Source: Lama guanicoe (Eukaryota). Taken from it: a DNA stretch of 64,000 nt. The notes beneath the pieces are model-generated. The model saw only the letters and a program-made list of their open reading frames with translations. It searched no databases and was not told the DNA's origin. The translations under genes were made by a program, and so were the position numbers. The stretch covers positions 620,001 to 684,000 of the forward strand of contig MU054098.1 of assembly GCA_013239625.1 (NCBI GenBank), written 5' to 3'. Below are positions 63,771 to 64,000 of the stretch, piece by piece (the first letter of the stretch is position 1; each line of letters opens with the position of its first letter).

Positions 63771-64000
63771 TTCATGCTATGCCAATTTTTCAGGAGGCTA
63801 CAAGGTTATTAGAAAAAAAAAGTATATGTCAGTCTGAAGTTTAGCGGATCCAAAGCCACTTACAGTGCTGGAGTTGTATGACGAGTATATCAAAAAGTCA
63901 TAGCTTCAAGTAAAAGAAAAATCTATTATAATATTACTCAAAGAAAACTAGAAGACATTAAATTATATCATATTAGTGCTTGTTTCACTTACAGAAGAAT

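Larger units (their letters stand above)
1..64000 (-). other. HTR2C: Window lies within the HTR2C transcription unit: intron downstream of the second coding exon (1-42063), intron between the coding exons (42378-46767), 5'-UTR intron (46879-64000)
   Basis: Two in-frame HTR2C exons on the minus strand, plus two miRNAs known to be HTR2C-intronic in the expected order (miR-1298 upstream of the ATG exon, miR-1911 downstream of the TM1-2 exon). No other HTR2C exon recognised. Confidence 0.9.

Noticed and set aside
1..64000. Other HTR2C-hosted RNAs (miR-448, miR-764, miR-1264, miR-1912, SNORA35) and the A-to-I edited exon
   Set aside because: Searched by eye for recalled mature sequences and the DRYVAIRNPIEH exon; none found, so they are presumably outside the window. 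BLASTN would confirm.
1..64000. CRISPR arrays, operons or other prokaryotic or viral systems
   Set aside because: No repeat-spacer arrays or gene-dense segments; the composition and repeat content are those of a mammalian intron.

Overview
AT-rich mammalian genomic DNA lying wholly inside the serotonin receptor 2C gene (HTR2C, X-linked in eutherians), transcribed on the minus strand. Five tRNA-derived SINEs resembling the camelid Vic-1 family suggest a camelid. Two exons are present. The start-codon exon (46768-46878; CDS 46768-46802, MVNLRKAVHSF-L; missing from the ORF track) and the 314-nt next exon (42064-42377; signal peptide, TM1, TM2) splice in frame across a 4,390-nt GT-AG intron. Two intronic microRNA hairpins lie on the host strand: miR-1298 (54556-54665) and miR-1911 (28521-28600). 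The rest is intron with L1, L2, MIR, MER2, MaLR and ERV1-type solo LTRs, SINEs and microsatellites. No prokaryotic or CRISPR features were seen, and I cannot support a wholly new biological system. The best leads are: a CpG-rich solo LTR aimed antisense at miR-1298; a 21-bp tandem repeat merging into the miR-1911 basal stem; overlapping uORFs in the start exon; inverted SINEs (dsRNA/ADAR and circRNA potential); and an unassigned promoter-like, coding-like segment at about 4.1-4.9 kb. Repeat family names and miRNA matches come from memory, not database searches, and boundaries of old repeats are approximate.
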